DNA of 64,000 nt, taken from NCBI GenBank assembly GCA_023205875.1, contig CP060759.1:248001-312000 (forward strand), given 5' to 3'. The position numbers were made by a program, and so were the translations under genes. Of this stretch, positions 13,539 to 24,349 are shown piece by piece. The notes beneath the pieces were generated by a model. The model saw only the letters and a program-made list of their open reading frames with translations. It was not told where the DNA came from and made no database searches. Each line of letters starts with the position of its first letter. Position 1 is the stretch's first letter. Source of the DNA: Chloropicon primus. Lineage: Eukaryota.

Positions 13539-15440
13539 TCAATTTCTGGAGACAGAGTTGTACAAGTGCTGCAGCGTTGCATGGTTCATTCTCAAGTCTT
13601 CCAAGTTTTGCTGGTCCTCGGTCAGTTCTGATCCGTGGTCCCTCGGCAAATACTGGCTGTGGCCACCAATGTTGCCATTACTAAAGCTTTGTCTGCTCAA
13701 CACAGAGGCTTGCATCTCGCTGTGGAGGCTCATTGACTGCAAGTAGCTGGACTTCACCTCCTTAAACGAATCGAGAAAGTCCTTGCCACGGTCATCTGGC
13801 TCCCAGTGGTCATAATGGTTGCAGAAGCTGACAAAAGACTTTTCCATCTTTCCCTGCCTCGAGCGTAACTTCTTCTCACTCTGGAACTGCGATCCATACC
13901 GTTGGTTCCCATGCCTTTCAAAGTTGAACATGGCCAAGCTGCATACGTGCCCCACGCCCTCAATGTCCTCCGTGAAATCCCGGATGAAATCCAGTATTCT
14001 TGGGGCACACTCTGGGAGAGAGAAGAAGAGTATGAACGGAGTCAAGAAGATGCTCGCGATCTCTTCGAAGAAGATTGTCACTTTCAGCTTGAACAAAGAC
14101 CTGAATTCGCTTTGAACTGTCTTGGTGTGGCACTTCCCCCTCCACCTTCTCGGAAAGTAATGGGTGCTCTCCACAACGTCTACCATGTACTCCTCTGGCT
14201 TGTACGGTATCGGTTCGTCGGGTATGAAAGAGCGGGAGACCGCAAGGATCAGGCCGAAAAACGCCGTGTACCATATGAAGTTCTGGCCCTTGAAGAAGGG
14301 CTTCTCTAGTATCGGCCCGCTCATGACTCCGATGGCGAGGCAGGTCGCAGCAAACGATCCAGCTATGAAAGCAACGAACTTTGCGATCTGCGTGTGCATC
14401 GGGGTCGGGAACTGCAGGACGTACTTTGTGGCAGCCTTGTGCGAAGCATCGAGTCTCCTGTTAAGGTGGTCCTCTAACTCGTTGAACTCCCTCATCTTCC
14501 AGCGCGCGTACAGAGACCACTGCCGCGCTCCGACCGACACGGGGTGCCTGTAGAAATGCTCGGCGTTCTGCAAGAAGAAGTAGCTGACGACGAAGACCAT
14601 CACAAAGGGGGACATGACCAAGTTGAGGAGGGCCATCGTCCGCAGTCTCTTCTGCAAGATGTTGACATCGCTCAGGAAGTCCTTCTTGATGGTGAACTTG
14701 TCGTCAAACATGAAGTCGAAAATGCACCAGTTCAAGTTCCACTCCAGAGTCTTCGTGAGCATAACCTGGTGCCTCAGCCCGGGGATCGGGGTGTACAAAG
14801 CCAGCACGTGCTTGTTCAGCATGCCGATCAAGTAGTTCTCCTTCCTCATGATGCGGTTCACGATGTCGTGGGCGCTCAGATCCCTCGTGATGCAGAGCCG
14901 CGTCTGCTCCTGCACCCTCACCAGCCTGGAGACGAGCTCTGGCCAAGTGATCGTCTGCAGCTCCCTGTCGCTCATCCCGAGCTTGTTGTTCACAAAGTCC
15001 TTGACGTCAACGAGCTCCTTCATGTCGTTCAAAATCTGCAGGAAGGTGAGCACAAAGTACGCGGAGAATATGGTCAGGTAGATGATAACCATCACCTTCC
15101 AGAACAAGACGTGCTTCAGGGGGGTGGGGTTGAATATAACGTTCCCAACGTCGCAGTCATCGTCTCTCCCGCACGCGTGTATAGCGCCCCAGTTCACGAA
15201 CAGGAGCAAGAACCCGCTGAAGAGTATGGTGAACGCCAGCGTCGCGAGGTTCAACACTCGAGACAGAAGTATCACCCAAAATCCTTTTTCCAGGTAGTAG
15301 CTGTAGAGCCTCGAAAAGAACCGGTCGAGGTTCGAGTACGCGCCCCACTCGTAGTTCTCCTCCGTCAGCAGCTGCCCCTCGTCCCCGTCAAACCTGTTCA
15401 GGGGCTCGAACAAGTCGTCGTCTCGCTCGTTCAGCTCCAT
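13539..15440 (-). CDS. ATG9: Autophagy protein ATG9
   Basis: NLDRFFSRLYSYY, HDIVNRIMRKENYLIG, LTKTLEWNL, RWKMREFNEL, VEGVGHVCS-like motif, GKMEKS. Confidence 0.96.
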   Translation of the reverse strand: MELNERDDDLFEPLNRFDGDEGQLLTEENYEWGAYSNLDRFFSRLYSYYLEKGFWVILLSRVLNLATLAFTILFSGFLLLFVNWGAIHACGRDDDCDVGNVIFNPTPLKHVLFWKVMVIIYLTIFSAYFVLTFLQILNDMKELVDVKDFVNNKLGMSDRELQTITWPELVSRLVRVQEQTRLCITRDLSAHDIVNRIMRKENYLIGMLNKHVLALYTPIPGLRHQVMLTKTLEWNLNWCIFDFMFDDKFTIKKDFLSDVNILQKRLRTMALLNLVMSPFVMVFVVSYFFLQNAEHFYRHPVSVGARQWSLYARWKMREFNELEDHLNRRLDASHKAATKYVLQFPTPMHTQIAKFVAFIAGSFAATCLAIGVMSGPILEKPFFKGQNFIWYTAFFGLILAVSRSFIPDEPIPYKPEEYMVDVVESTHYFPRRWRGKCHTKTVQSEFRSLFKLKVTIFFEEIASIFLTPFILFFSLPECAPRILDFIRDFTEDIEGVGHVCSLAMFNFERHGNQRYGSQFQSEKKLRSRQGKMEKSFVSFCNHYDHWEPDDRGKDFLDSFKEVKSSYLQSMSLHSEMQASVLSRQSFSNGNIGGHSQYLPRDHGSELTEDQQNLEDLRMNHATLQHLYNSVSRN

Positions 15441-15925
15441 CCCGAGCCGAGCGAGACGACCGACCGAGGACGACGACGACGACGGCGACGGACCTCTCCA
15501 CCTGTCCGTCCGTCTCCTCCGCTCCCTCGCTCAACCCTCGGGACGCCTCAATCCAAAGCTCTCGAGACAACGACGCCCTCCACCTCCAAGTCTCCCCCCT
15601 TCCTCTCCCCCTCCACTGTTGGCTGTGGTCTCCTCACTCCTCCGCCTCTCGCCGGCGACTCCCTTGCTCAAACAGGGCGAGCGAGGGCTCAATGGAAAGC
15701 TCTGGAGATGCGCTTTCACCTTATTACACCCTCCTCAACCCAATCTTCCCCAAGTCGTCGTCAAACACCAAACACCTTCTCCAGTCGATCACCCTCCTCC
15801 TCCGCTCCTTCGCCTTCGCTTTTTGGTCTCCCTCTACTTCACATTTGAAGTTTCCTGAAGTTCAAATTTGGAACGAGAGAGGCGAGGCCCCTTGACTCGG
15901 AGTCCAAGAATACAATCATCAGTCC

Positions 15926-16320
15926 TGGCTTGACTTGTGTCTTGGCCCAAGGCAACGAGACAGAGAGAGAGAGAGAGAGGGAGAGGAAGAGAGAGACGGA
16001 GAGAGGGAGGCTTTGTCCTGCAACATTTTTGTTTCCTTTCCCTGTGTGCGCAAGTGCTTCCTGGTTGTTGTTGTGGTTGTTGCTAGGTTGCTCTCTGTTC
16101 TGTGGAAAAGCTAAGGCTGGGGAGTCTTTTGGCTTGACTTGTGTCGTGGCCCAAGGCAACGAGAGAGAGAGAGAGAGAGAGAAGGAGGCTGCAGGGAGGC
16201 TTTGGGTTTGGTCCGAAAACCTTATTCTTCCCTTTCCCTGTGCCGCTTGTTGTTTTGAAAAGAAAAGGTTTGCTTGTGTGGAATAGCTAGGCTGTGGAGT
16301 CTTTGGGTTTGAGTTGTGGA
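15926..16320. repeat. Degenerate ~200-bp tandem duplication (two copies plus a partial third) containing GA microsatellites
   Basis: TGGCTTGACTTGTGTC[T/G]TGGCCCAAGGCAACGAGA at 15926 and 16130, each followed by (GA)n and AGGGAGGCTTTG; partial third at ~16287. Confidence 0.75.
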
Positions 16321-16323
16321 AGG

Positions 16324-17733
16324 ATGGACTCTTTTGAGGGCTCAGTGGCCTATGAGGAGCTCAGCTTTGCCGGGGTCAAGCTGCACCAGCTCAACACGGC
16401 GACGGGAAAGGTGAGGCAGAGAGAGAGAGTTGGGGGTGGGGGCGGGGGTGGGGGAAGACCTCTCGTCGGTGCCTTGAACAGACTGTCTTGTTGGTCTTGG
16501 CCTTGGCCTCCGCCTCTCTCACCAGGTGCTCGAGAAGGAAATGACTAACGCAGAGCAACAACTTCTTCTGACAACTCCAAACTCTCAGGTCTTCATTCTC
16601 AGCGAAATTGCGCTCGAGGTCTTCAGAGAGAGTCCAACGGTGTTTGCAAAGGTTAGTGCCGGATCAAGTTGCCAAGCCACACCTCCTTGCTCCTTCTCGC
16701 TGACTTCTGGTTGACTTGGGTCCCCTCTTTTGTATCGAAAACTTTGCAGGAGATGAAAGAGTTCCGACCGAAAAAAGTGTTCAGCAGGAGGAGGGAGATC
16801 CTTCACACGGTGACGAGCTTGGGGTATCCCATAGAGACGTCGACGACGGCACCCGGGGTCACCCTCGTGACCGCAGAAACAGTGGAGGCCATTCTGACAG
16901 ATAGGCGAAAGTGGGACCTTGTCCACCCCTTCAAGATGGCCGTCCTCAAGAACTACTCTCAAGAAGCCGCGCGTTTGATGGCCATGGGTCTCTACGACAA
17001 GGCCCTGCCCATCGCTTTGGATTCCGTGAAGAAAGGCCAGGCCATGTTCAAGCCCGGTCCTTCGTTCCAGATGTTTCCCCTCTTTCTCCTCGCTGCCCAG
17101 GCGAACTTGGGCCTGAAGCAGGCCGACCAGTGCGAGAACTTTCTGGGCCTGGCGTCCTGGCTCGCAGTGAAAGAGACTCAAGACACGACGAATATGATGA
17201 GGGCCCAACTCAGCCGATTGTACGGGCAGCTCTACACCCTGCAGGGGAAGCACAACCAGGCCCTGCAGAGCTTTGCCGAAGATGTATTCTATTGTTCCCT
17301 CGAGTACGGCACGCAGGACGTGAGGACTTCCTTGGGATTCTACAACCTGGGAAAGGTGTTTCAGAGCAAAGGTGAGATGGAGAAGTGCGGAAGGTGCTGC
17401 GAGCAGGTGCTGGACATCTGGCTCAACGCCCTCATAAAGACCGTGCTCGGCGAGAACGATGGAAAGATGCCCATTAGCGAGGCCCAACTGGCGGAGGTCA
17501 TTGAGATGCTCCACGACATTTTGGACATCTTCTCCAAGAGGTTTGGACCGAACCACGACAGGAACGCCGACATTCACTTTTCCTTGGGGCTGGCCTTCAT
17601 CCACCTTGGGGACAACAGCGCCGCGTACAGATCGATCTCAGCTGCCAAGTCAGGGTTTTCAAGACAGCCGGAGAAAATGGCGCACTACTACGATTCGCTG
17701 CAAAAGTTGGGCATCCCCGACCTTTCCATGTGA
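16324..17733 (+). CDS. ZMYND12: ZMYND12/p38-like TPR protein, inner-arm dynein associated (exons 16324-16410, 16526-16651, 16750-17733)
   Basis: LYGQLY...ALQSFAEDVFYCSLEYGTQDVRTSLGFYNLGKVF resembles the ZMYND12 core; two phase-0 GT-AG introns. Confidence 0.75.
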
Positions 17734-17900
17734 GCCCGCGAGTCGCGACGACGGCGGCGGCGGTTATCTTCGATGATGATGCATGTTTGTGGGAAAGAGA
17801 CCACACGAGGACAAGACAAGAGTTGAAAAACGGAAAAATTCTTGCCTCTTGTGAAATAAACCTTTTATCATCTAGTGTACATTGGCTAGCAAAGGAGCTG

Positions 17901-18612
17901 TCACAAGCTCGAACCACCCTCTGCTGCTGGGGAAGATTCCTTTCCCGCCCCGTGCTGCTCATGGCTGCTCTCCTGCCTCTTTTTTCTCTTCCTATCGGCA
18001 TCCGCCTTCTTCACCTCCTCCTTGACCTCTCGCGGTGCCTGCGCCCTCTTCTTCCTCATCCTCTCCGCATCTCTCTCCCTTCTGAGCCTCAGCTCCTCGG
18101 GGGAAGAGGTGATCTGCGCCCGCTTATCTCTCTTCCGCTGGGCGTCCTTCTCCCTCTCCCTTCGCTTCGTCTCCTCGCTCGCCATGGCCCTCTGCCTCCG
18201 CTTCCTCTCGGCGTCCTGCTGCCGCCTCTTCTTGATCTTTTCGTCCTCTGTCAAGGCTTCCTTTCCGCCGGCCTTGCCTAGCACGGCGGTTGCTTGGGTC
18301 TTGGGCTTCCCCTTGTCCCCGCCGGGCCCTCGCGCCGCTTGCGCAGGCGTCGAGCTCGTCCCCGCGCCAGTGCCATCAAGCTGCTTGCGAAGATTGTGTG
18401 AAAGAGAGAGAGAGAGAGACGGAGGGGCCAAGGAAAACGCTTTCTTGTCAGTAACACGCGTCCGAAAACCGCTGGGCGAAGTCTCACCCACTCACCACCT
18501 GCTCCCCGGACGCGAGCGCCTGGTCATCCTCGTCCTCTGTCCCAGCAAACGTCTTTTGGATTTCCTTGAAAGGGACAAAGGCACCTTTGTTCTCGTCCGG
18601 CCTCTTCAGCAT
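17901..18612 (-). CDS. Small basic protein with four ~23-aa helical repeats (STPR-like); intron ~18381-18495; 5' end uncertain
   Basis: DAERK/DAQRK/DAERM/DADRK motifs spaced 23, 25 and 23 aa; GTGAGT..CTGAC..CAG intron joins MLKRPDENK..SGEQV in frame to LDGTGAG. Confidence 0.6.
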
Positions 18613-19314
18613 CTGTCACGGTCTCTGCGTGTCGACGAGTGATCAAGTCCTCGCTGCGCGTCTTGTCCTCCCACGGAGCAAGAAGCCTGGCACACCTATC
18701 CAACCAAAGCGAGCCTCGCGAACCTCTTCGATGCTGCTGAGCAAGGAGGTTGGCTCTAGATAGTGCACGGGAGTCGAGAAAAATTTTCAATTCACATCAA
18801 CTGATCACCTCAATCCCTCCTTCGCCTCTGCTCGATTCGCAAGCACGCGTCACCCGCTCGGGTCGACTCGACTCGACTCGACTCGATTCGCCAGCACTCC
18901 CTCCCTCTGGTTGGATGCTCCTCGCTGAGCGTTGGAGCATTCGGTGAAACCGCTGGTCCAATCCCAAGAGGACAAGGGTCGAGTCAGCGTGTCGCGTGAT
19001 CACGTCCTCCGTCCGCGTCCGCGTGCGGCCGCGTGATCGACCCAAGAGGTCGCCGCGTCTCAAGGTGACGTCCTGGCCTCGCCCCCCTCCGATCAGCGCT
19101 GAGGGCACATGTGCGATCTGATTGGAAGATCTCTAGATCTGTGATTTCGCTCATCTGCCATTTCGCCAATCAAAGAGGAAATTCTGAAAGCCGGAACTTT
19201 TCCGGAAAACTAATGGAACATGGAAACATCAAAACACGGACAACGAGACTGTCTTGGGACGAAAGGATGAGAGGCCACCGTGCTGTGGTGGTACCAATGG
19301 TTTTGCTACACGAT

Positions 19315-19362
19315 CCTTTTCCTTTTCCTTTTCCTTTTCCTTTTCCTTTTCCTTTTCCTTTT
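19315..19362. repeat. (CCTTTT)8 microsatellite
   Basis: Read directly. Confidence 0.9.
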
Positions 19363-19733
19363 CCTCCCCAAAGATCTTTGGGGAGTTCAGAACCTCCTAA
19401 TCCATGCAACAAAAAGATCTGCAGAGAGGATGGATGCAAGGAGATGGATGGTTTGTGTGTGGGAGGAAATGAGGACGGGCGCACGCCTTGCTGGTGCCAT
19501 CAATCAAAACCTTGGCTTGCCTCCCCCACTCTCCCTCTCTCTGTGCAACTCTCTCCTGCCAGCAAGGCATGCACCCCTCCTCGGTGTGCAGGGGTTGGCC
19601 AACGTCAAAGGCATTTCGACTGTCCCTCTCGCTACGTCGTCGTCGTCGTCGTCGTCTCTCTCTCAGCAATACAATTTAGTCTTGGTGCGTACAAGTTTAT
19701 TTATTTCTTCGCTTTACATTCCTCGAGTCGTCG

Positions 19734-21391
19734 TCAAACCATGCTGGGGGCCTCGCCCTCCCAGTGGCACTCGGCTTGTTTCCACCTCGTGCGGATGCAG
19801 TCCACGAGGGGGCACCACTGGGCCTTCTGGGCGTTTTCCCCGGTCAGCATGGCGAGGTTCTCGTCCGGCACGTCCATCTGCATGGCCTCCAGGGGCTTGG
19901 TCAGGGTGACGGTCACGGCTTTCAGCGTGGGCTTGGCTTGGCCGCCCTCCCCCGAGGCCGACGACTTTGCGATCCCGTTGACGTGGTACATGTGCAGGGT
20001 CCTCACGGCCGGGCCGGCCTCGTCGCCGGCGCCAAACTCGCTGCCCCTCAAGGAGGACCGCAACTCGTGCCAGGTGACCACGTCTTGGGAGGCCAGATCC
20101 CTCGCGGCGCCTTCCGCGCACCTGGCCTTCTGCAGGACACTCTGCAGGTCCGCCCGCTCGATGAAACCCCCTCCCCCGCTCTTGTCGTGCTCGTCGAAAA
20201 TCTTTCGCACCTCCTTCTCCCTCTTCTCCCTCTCGCTCTCGTCCTGGACGGCCCTGTCGAGGGAAAACAGGACGGTGTAGTGCGAGTCGCTGCCCAGGAC
20301 CCAGATGGGGTACTCTGGCTCCTTGAGGTAGCGGCCCACGGTCAGGTAGTTGTGAGACTCAAGCAAGGTGAGGAAGCCGACCTGAGTCCTGGACGAGATT
20401 CCCTTGAGCTTGTAGTCGCCCCCCATGTCCATGTCCCCATCGAATACGTTCGTGACGGCTTTGCCGCACAGGAAGAGGTTCACGATCTCCTGGGAAGCGT
20501 GGCCGAACGGGAGCGTGATCAGAGGCTGGGAGGTGTCGTCCCTGTCGTCCTGGACCCTCTCGACGCCTCTGCTCAAAAGGATCGAAAGAAGCACCACCAG
20601 GACCCCCAAATCCCCTCGCAAGTCCCCCCCCAAGGCGTCGCCGAGCTCGCTCAAAAACTCTACCCTGTTCTCGAATCGCTTCAACTGAAAGCAACCTTCC
20701 GACACGCAAGACACCACGCCCTCTACATCGCAGCCATCTTCCATCCGCTCGATCCTATCCTTCACCCTCTTCGCCGCATCAGGGGAAACCAGCTTCAGCA
20801 CGCACCCCCCCTCGTAGTTCCCAGCCCTCCACAGGGCCTCGCACAGCGCCCCCTGGAGAGCCCTCCGCACCTCCGCGTGGGTGACGCCTGCCAAGTCTCC
20901 CCCGAAGTCACACCTGAACACGAGGTGCTTCATCAAAAACGCCTGGAGGGGAGCGAGCACCGCGCACGGACCCCCCTGAAGCTGCAGCAGCACATGCTTC
21001 GCCCCAACCTCATCCCCAAGCCTGCAGTGTAGGTTCGCATCCAAAAAAAAAATCCAAAATCCAAAATCCCAGGGAGTGCGTGCGTCAGAGAAGAGTGAGA
21101 GGAGCGAAGCGTCCACTGGAGCGTTCCGTCGCGATGGCACGGCGATGCTGGGACAAATACTCACACAAGTCCCTGCGTAGTCCACTGCGTCAAGACCGTC
21201 TTGCTTGTGGCGGAGTCTCCAAAAAGCAAGCAAAACGAATCCTGGAGGACTTTGGGGTCCACATTTTCCCAGGAGGAAGTCGTTGGGCGTGCCTCGGGCT
21301 CCCTCACCGGTCCCCGGGAAGACGCCTGCTGCATTCTTCGCTCCGCAGCCGCCGCCCTCAGCTCGTTCTGTCTCCTCCTCTCCTCCTCCAT
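19734..21391 (-). CDS. MINDY3: MINDY-3-like deubiquitinase (FAM188/DUF4205) with EF-hand, spliced
   Basis: Catalytic QLQGGPCAVLA, GHASQEIVNLFLCGKAVTNVFDG, PIWVLGSDSHYTVLF; EF-hand-like DKSGGGFIERADL; probable ATG at 21391. Confidence 0.88.
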
Positions 21392-21606
21392 CTTTGATCG
21401 ACCCCCGGCTAAACTAAACCCTCTCTGGACGGGAGATGAAGGTCCTCCAGGTCGGCGGGAGGCCATCCAAGCCCAAAGCGAAGAGAGATCGGAACAAAGG
21501 TGACCCGAGGCCAAGGCCGAAGAAGAGGGCGGGAAGGATCTTGGGATGATTATTTGCACACAAGGACTTTCTTTTCTTACTAGTAGCCGAGCCGGAGGAG
21601 AAGGAG

Positions 21607-22249
21607 GACTCTTCTAATTAATTGCACTCCGCCAAGAAGAAGGACAAGGAACTTATTCCAAATTATTCGTGAAAGAGTACCCGATGACTCTTCTAATTAA
21701 TTGCACTCCGCCAAGAAGAAGGACAAGGAACTTATTCCAAATTATTCGTGAAAGAGTACCCGATGACTCTTCTAATTAATTGCACTCCGCCAAGAAGAAG
21801 GACAAGGAACTTGTTCCAAATTATTCGTGAAAGAGTACCCGATGACTCTTCTAATTAATTGCACTCCGCCAAGAAGAAGGACAAGGAACTTATTCCAAAT
21901 TATTCGTGAAAGAGTACCCGATGACTCTTCTAATTAATTGCACTCCGCCAAGAAGAAGGACAAGGAACTTGTTCCAAATTATTCGTGAAAGAGTACCCGA
22001 TGACTCTTCTAATTAATTGCATGAAGAAGGACAAGGAACTTATTCCAAATTATTCGTGAAAGAGTACCCGATGACTCTTCTAATTAATTGCACTCCGCCA
22101 AGAAGAAGGACAAGGAACTTATTCCAAATTATTCGTGAAAGAGTACCCGATGACTCTTCTAATTAATTGCACTCCGCCAAGAAGAAGGACAAGGAACTTG
22201 TTCCAAATTATTCGTGAAAGAGTACCCGATGACTCTTCTAATTAATTGC
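21607..22249. repeat. 79-bp tandem array, 8 units plus a 19-bp partial
   Basis: Unit GACTCTTCTAATTAATTGCACTCCGCCAAGAAGAAGGACAAGGAACTT[A/G]TTCCAAATTATTCGTGAAAGAGTACCCGAT starts at 21607, 21686, 21765, 21844, 21923, 22002 (71-bp variant), 22073, 22152, 22231. Confidence 0.97.
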
Positions 22250-22457
22250 CACACAAACAGGGGAAGGAAGGAAAAACTCCTCCCGAAGATCAAGAGAGAG
22301 GTTCCAGCAAGCCGTTGACGTTTTGAAGTTATTATAGTTAACAGGCAAGAGAGCGAGAGAGCGAGAGAGCGAGACAGGGTCTCCTCGACAGGCTTCGACT
22401 GGACTGCAGCACCGGAGCGGACTCACGAGGGAGCAGCCTCTCTCGTCTCGAGCCGTA

Positions 22458-23549
22458 ATGGAGTACGGCTTTACGGTGCCTTTGCTCCGAGAGCACAGCT
22501 TGAGCACGTTCACGGCCAGCACTGTGTCACTCCTGAGTCCTGACGAGAGGGAGAGGCTCCGGATAGTCGTGGACAATGCGGGAAGGAGGTCAGGCCAAGC
22601 ACAGGACCTGGTTCAACCGATCACCTCGTTGTCAAAGCTGGTGTGCTCGGACCACGTCCTCCACGTCTGCACCGAGAGGTTGACTCCGAAGAAGACCGTC
22701 GTTGTCGGGATTATCAAAACAGGGAAGAAGAAGCTTTTCATCTACAACGACTCTCCGGTTCTGCACGAGATTGAGCCGGTCTGCGTCTTGGACTTCTACG
22801 TCCACGAGAGCTTCCAGCGGAAAGGCTATGGGAAAAAGCTCTTCGAGCACGTTCTGCGGCACGAGAAGACCAGGCCAGAGAACCTTGCGTACGACAGGCC
22901 CTCCGTCAAGTTCTTGTCTTTCCTGAGCAGGCACTACAAGCTGTCCAACTACATTCCTCAGCGCAACAACTTCGTTGTCTTCAGGAGGTACTTCAGCAGC
23001 CCGGTTGGCAAGAAAGCGGCCTCGCCTGCCGCATGCAAAGCGGCGAGCAAGTCTCAGGCCGATATGTGGACTCCTATCTCGCAGAGGCCCCTCACGGCAA
23101 AGAGGAAGATGTATCGAAGGGACAGAGAGGCCGCTGCACCTGCGGACCTGAACCACAACCAGAGCCAGAGCAAAGCTCAGGTGTTCCACAGGAAGGAGAA
23201 CTTTGTGAACTTCAAAGACAGGCAAGGAAGCCACTCCCTGGCGTACGAAGAGTCTCGGGGGAAGACCATCGATTCGATGAGGGGGGACCGTAGGTATCCA
23301 GTGGCTGGGCTCGCGAGCAAGCCACAAGAGAATGGGGCGTTCCCTTTCGCCAGGGAAAGGTGCAGCCCCGCGAAATTCGGTAGGCGATCAGGCAACTCCC
23401 CGAAGAGCGAGCAGCACAAGTTCAACGTGCTCCCAAGCAACACCTTTCACAACTTTTCCATGCCGTCCAAGCAAAGCAGAAGCAACCAGTCGCGGACGCG
23501 CTTTAAGCACATGGCAGGCCAAGGGGCCGCGTCGTGCTTGGTTTGGTAA
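22458..23549 (+). CDS. ATAT1: Alpha-tubulin N-acetyltransferase (MEC-17/ATAT1)
   Basis: GIIKTGKKKLF, PVCVLDFYVHESFQRKGYGKKLF, LAYDRPSVKFLSFL, PQRNNFVVF. Confidence 0.95.
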   Translation: MEYGFTVPLLREHSLSTFTASTVSLLSPDERERLRIVVDNAGRRSGQAQDLVQPITSLSKLVCSDHVLHVCTERLTPKKTVVVGIIKTGKKKLFIYNDSPVLHEIEPVCVLDFYVHESFQRKGYGKKLFEHVLRHEKTRPENLAYDRPSVKFLSFLSRHYKLSNYIPQRNNFVVFRRYFSSPVGKKAASPAACKAASKSQADMWTPISQRPLTAKRKMYRRDREAAAPADLNHNQSQSKAQVFHRKENFVNFKDRQGSHSLAYEESRGKTIDSMRGDRRYPVAGLASKPQENGAFPFARERCSPAKFGRRSGNSPKSEQHKFNVLPSNTFHNFSMPSKQSRSNQSRTRFKHMAGQGAASCLVW

Positions 23550-23653
23550 CGCAAGCTTTGCCCCGTTGTCACAGTTATAGAATGATGTACTCTCAATCAA
23601 TTACAATAAAACATACGTGTAAATATACGGTACGATACGACAAGCTCCCGCCG

Positions 23654-24349
23654 CTACTGGCTGACGCGGCTACAGATGTAATCGCAAGCCTGCCGAAGTC
23701 CCACGGAGGGCGTCTCTCTCCTCCAGTGGGCCAGGCTCGACATGACCTTTGCGGCAAGGTCAGGGGCCCTCTGGCAGCAGGAGATCAGGCACTCGCAGTG
23801 ACTGCCGTCTCCCGCGTGGCTTTGTGCTGCCGCTGCGCCAGTGCGTTCCCTCAAGCAGCACTCGAGAAGAGACCCCAGGGTGCCGTCGCAGCGCCGCATC
23901 AGGGAGAGGCTCGCCCCGATGTTTCCGCTCCTCCAGCTATCAACCACCGTCTTCGGCGTGCACAGCTGGTCTCGACACAGGTGCGCCTCCTCGTTCCCCC
24001 TCGACTCGTTCTCAAGGTACACTTGTATCATTCTAGGAACCCCATCCTTGGCCTCGGCTCGGCCAAGCTTTCCAGCGCCGTCGGCCGCTGTCGCACCGTC
24101 CAGCGCCGCGATGCTGCTGTACGCGTGGTCCACCACTCGCTCGAGAACACCGCAGAGGTCCACACCGTCCGCGCCCTCGCTCGCTCCCAATATCCCTGGA
24201 AACCCGTCGAGGAGCGCATCAACCTCAGACCTCGATGGAACGGGGAGCCTCTCCAAGATCTCTGACCTCGGGCCGTCCCATCCAGCGCTCCCCCACACCC
24301 TCTCCGCACCAAGGACGCGCTCGAGGTGCTCCTCACGGGGGTCCCCCAT
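23654..24349 (-). CDS. Hypothetical helical protein (start uncertain, may have upstream exon)
   Basis: About 230 open codons from ATG 24349, coding-like composition; no recognised motif. Confidence 0.45.
   Translation of the reverse strand: MGDPREEHLERVLGAERVWGSAGWDGPRSEILERLPVPSRSEVDALLDGFPGILGASEGADGVDLCGVLERVVDHAYSSIAALDGATAADGAGKLGRAEAKDGVPRMIQVYLENESRGNEEAHLCRDQLCTPKTVVDSWRSGNIGASLSLMRRCDGTLGSLLECCLRERTGAAAAQSHAGDGSHCECLISCCQRAPDLAAKVMSSLAHWRRETPSVGLRQACDYICSRVSQ

Noticed and set aside
18625..19025. Degenerate repeat GCGTGTCG..GTGATCA.GTCCTC at ~18627 and ~18987
   Set aside because: Short and imperfect; no terminal repeats or target-site duplication to support a mobile element
21607..22249. 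CRISPR array
   Set aside because: Units are contiguous and near-identical with no unique spacers, no cas genes, and the context is eukaryotic
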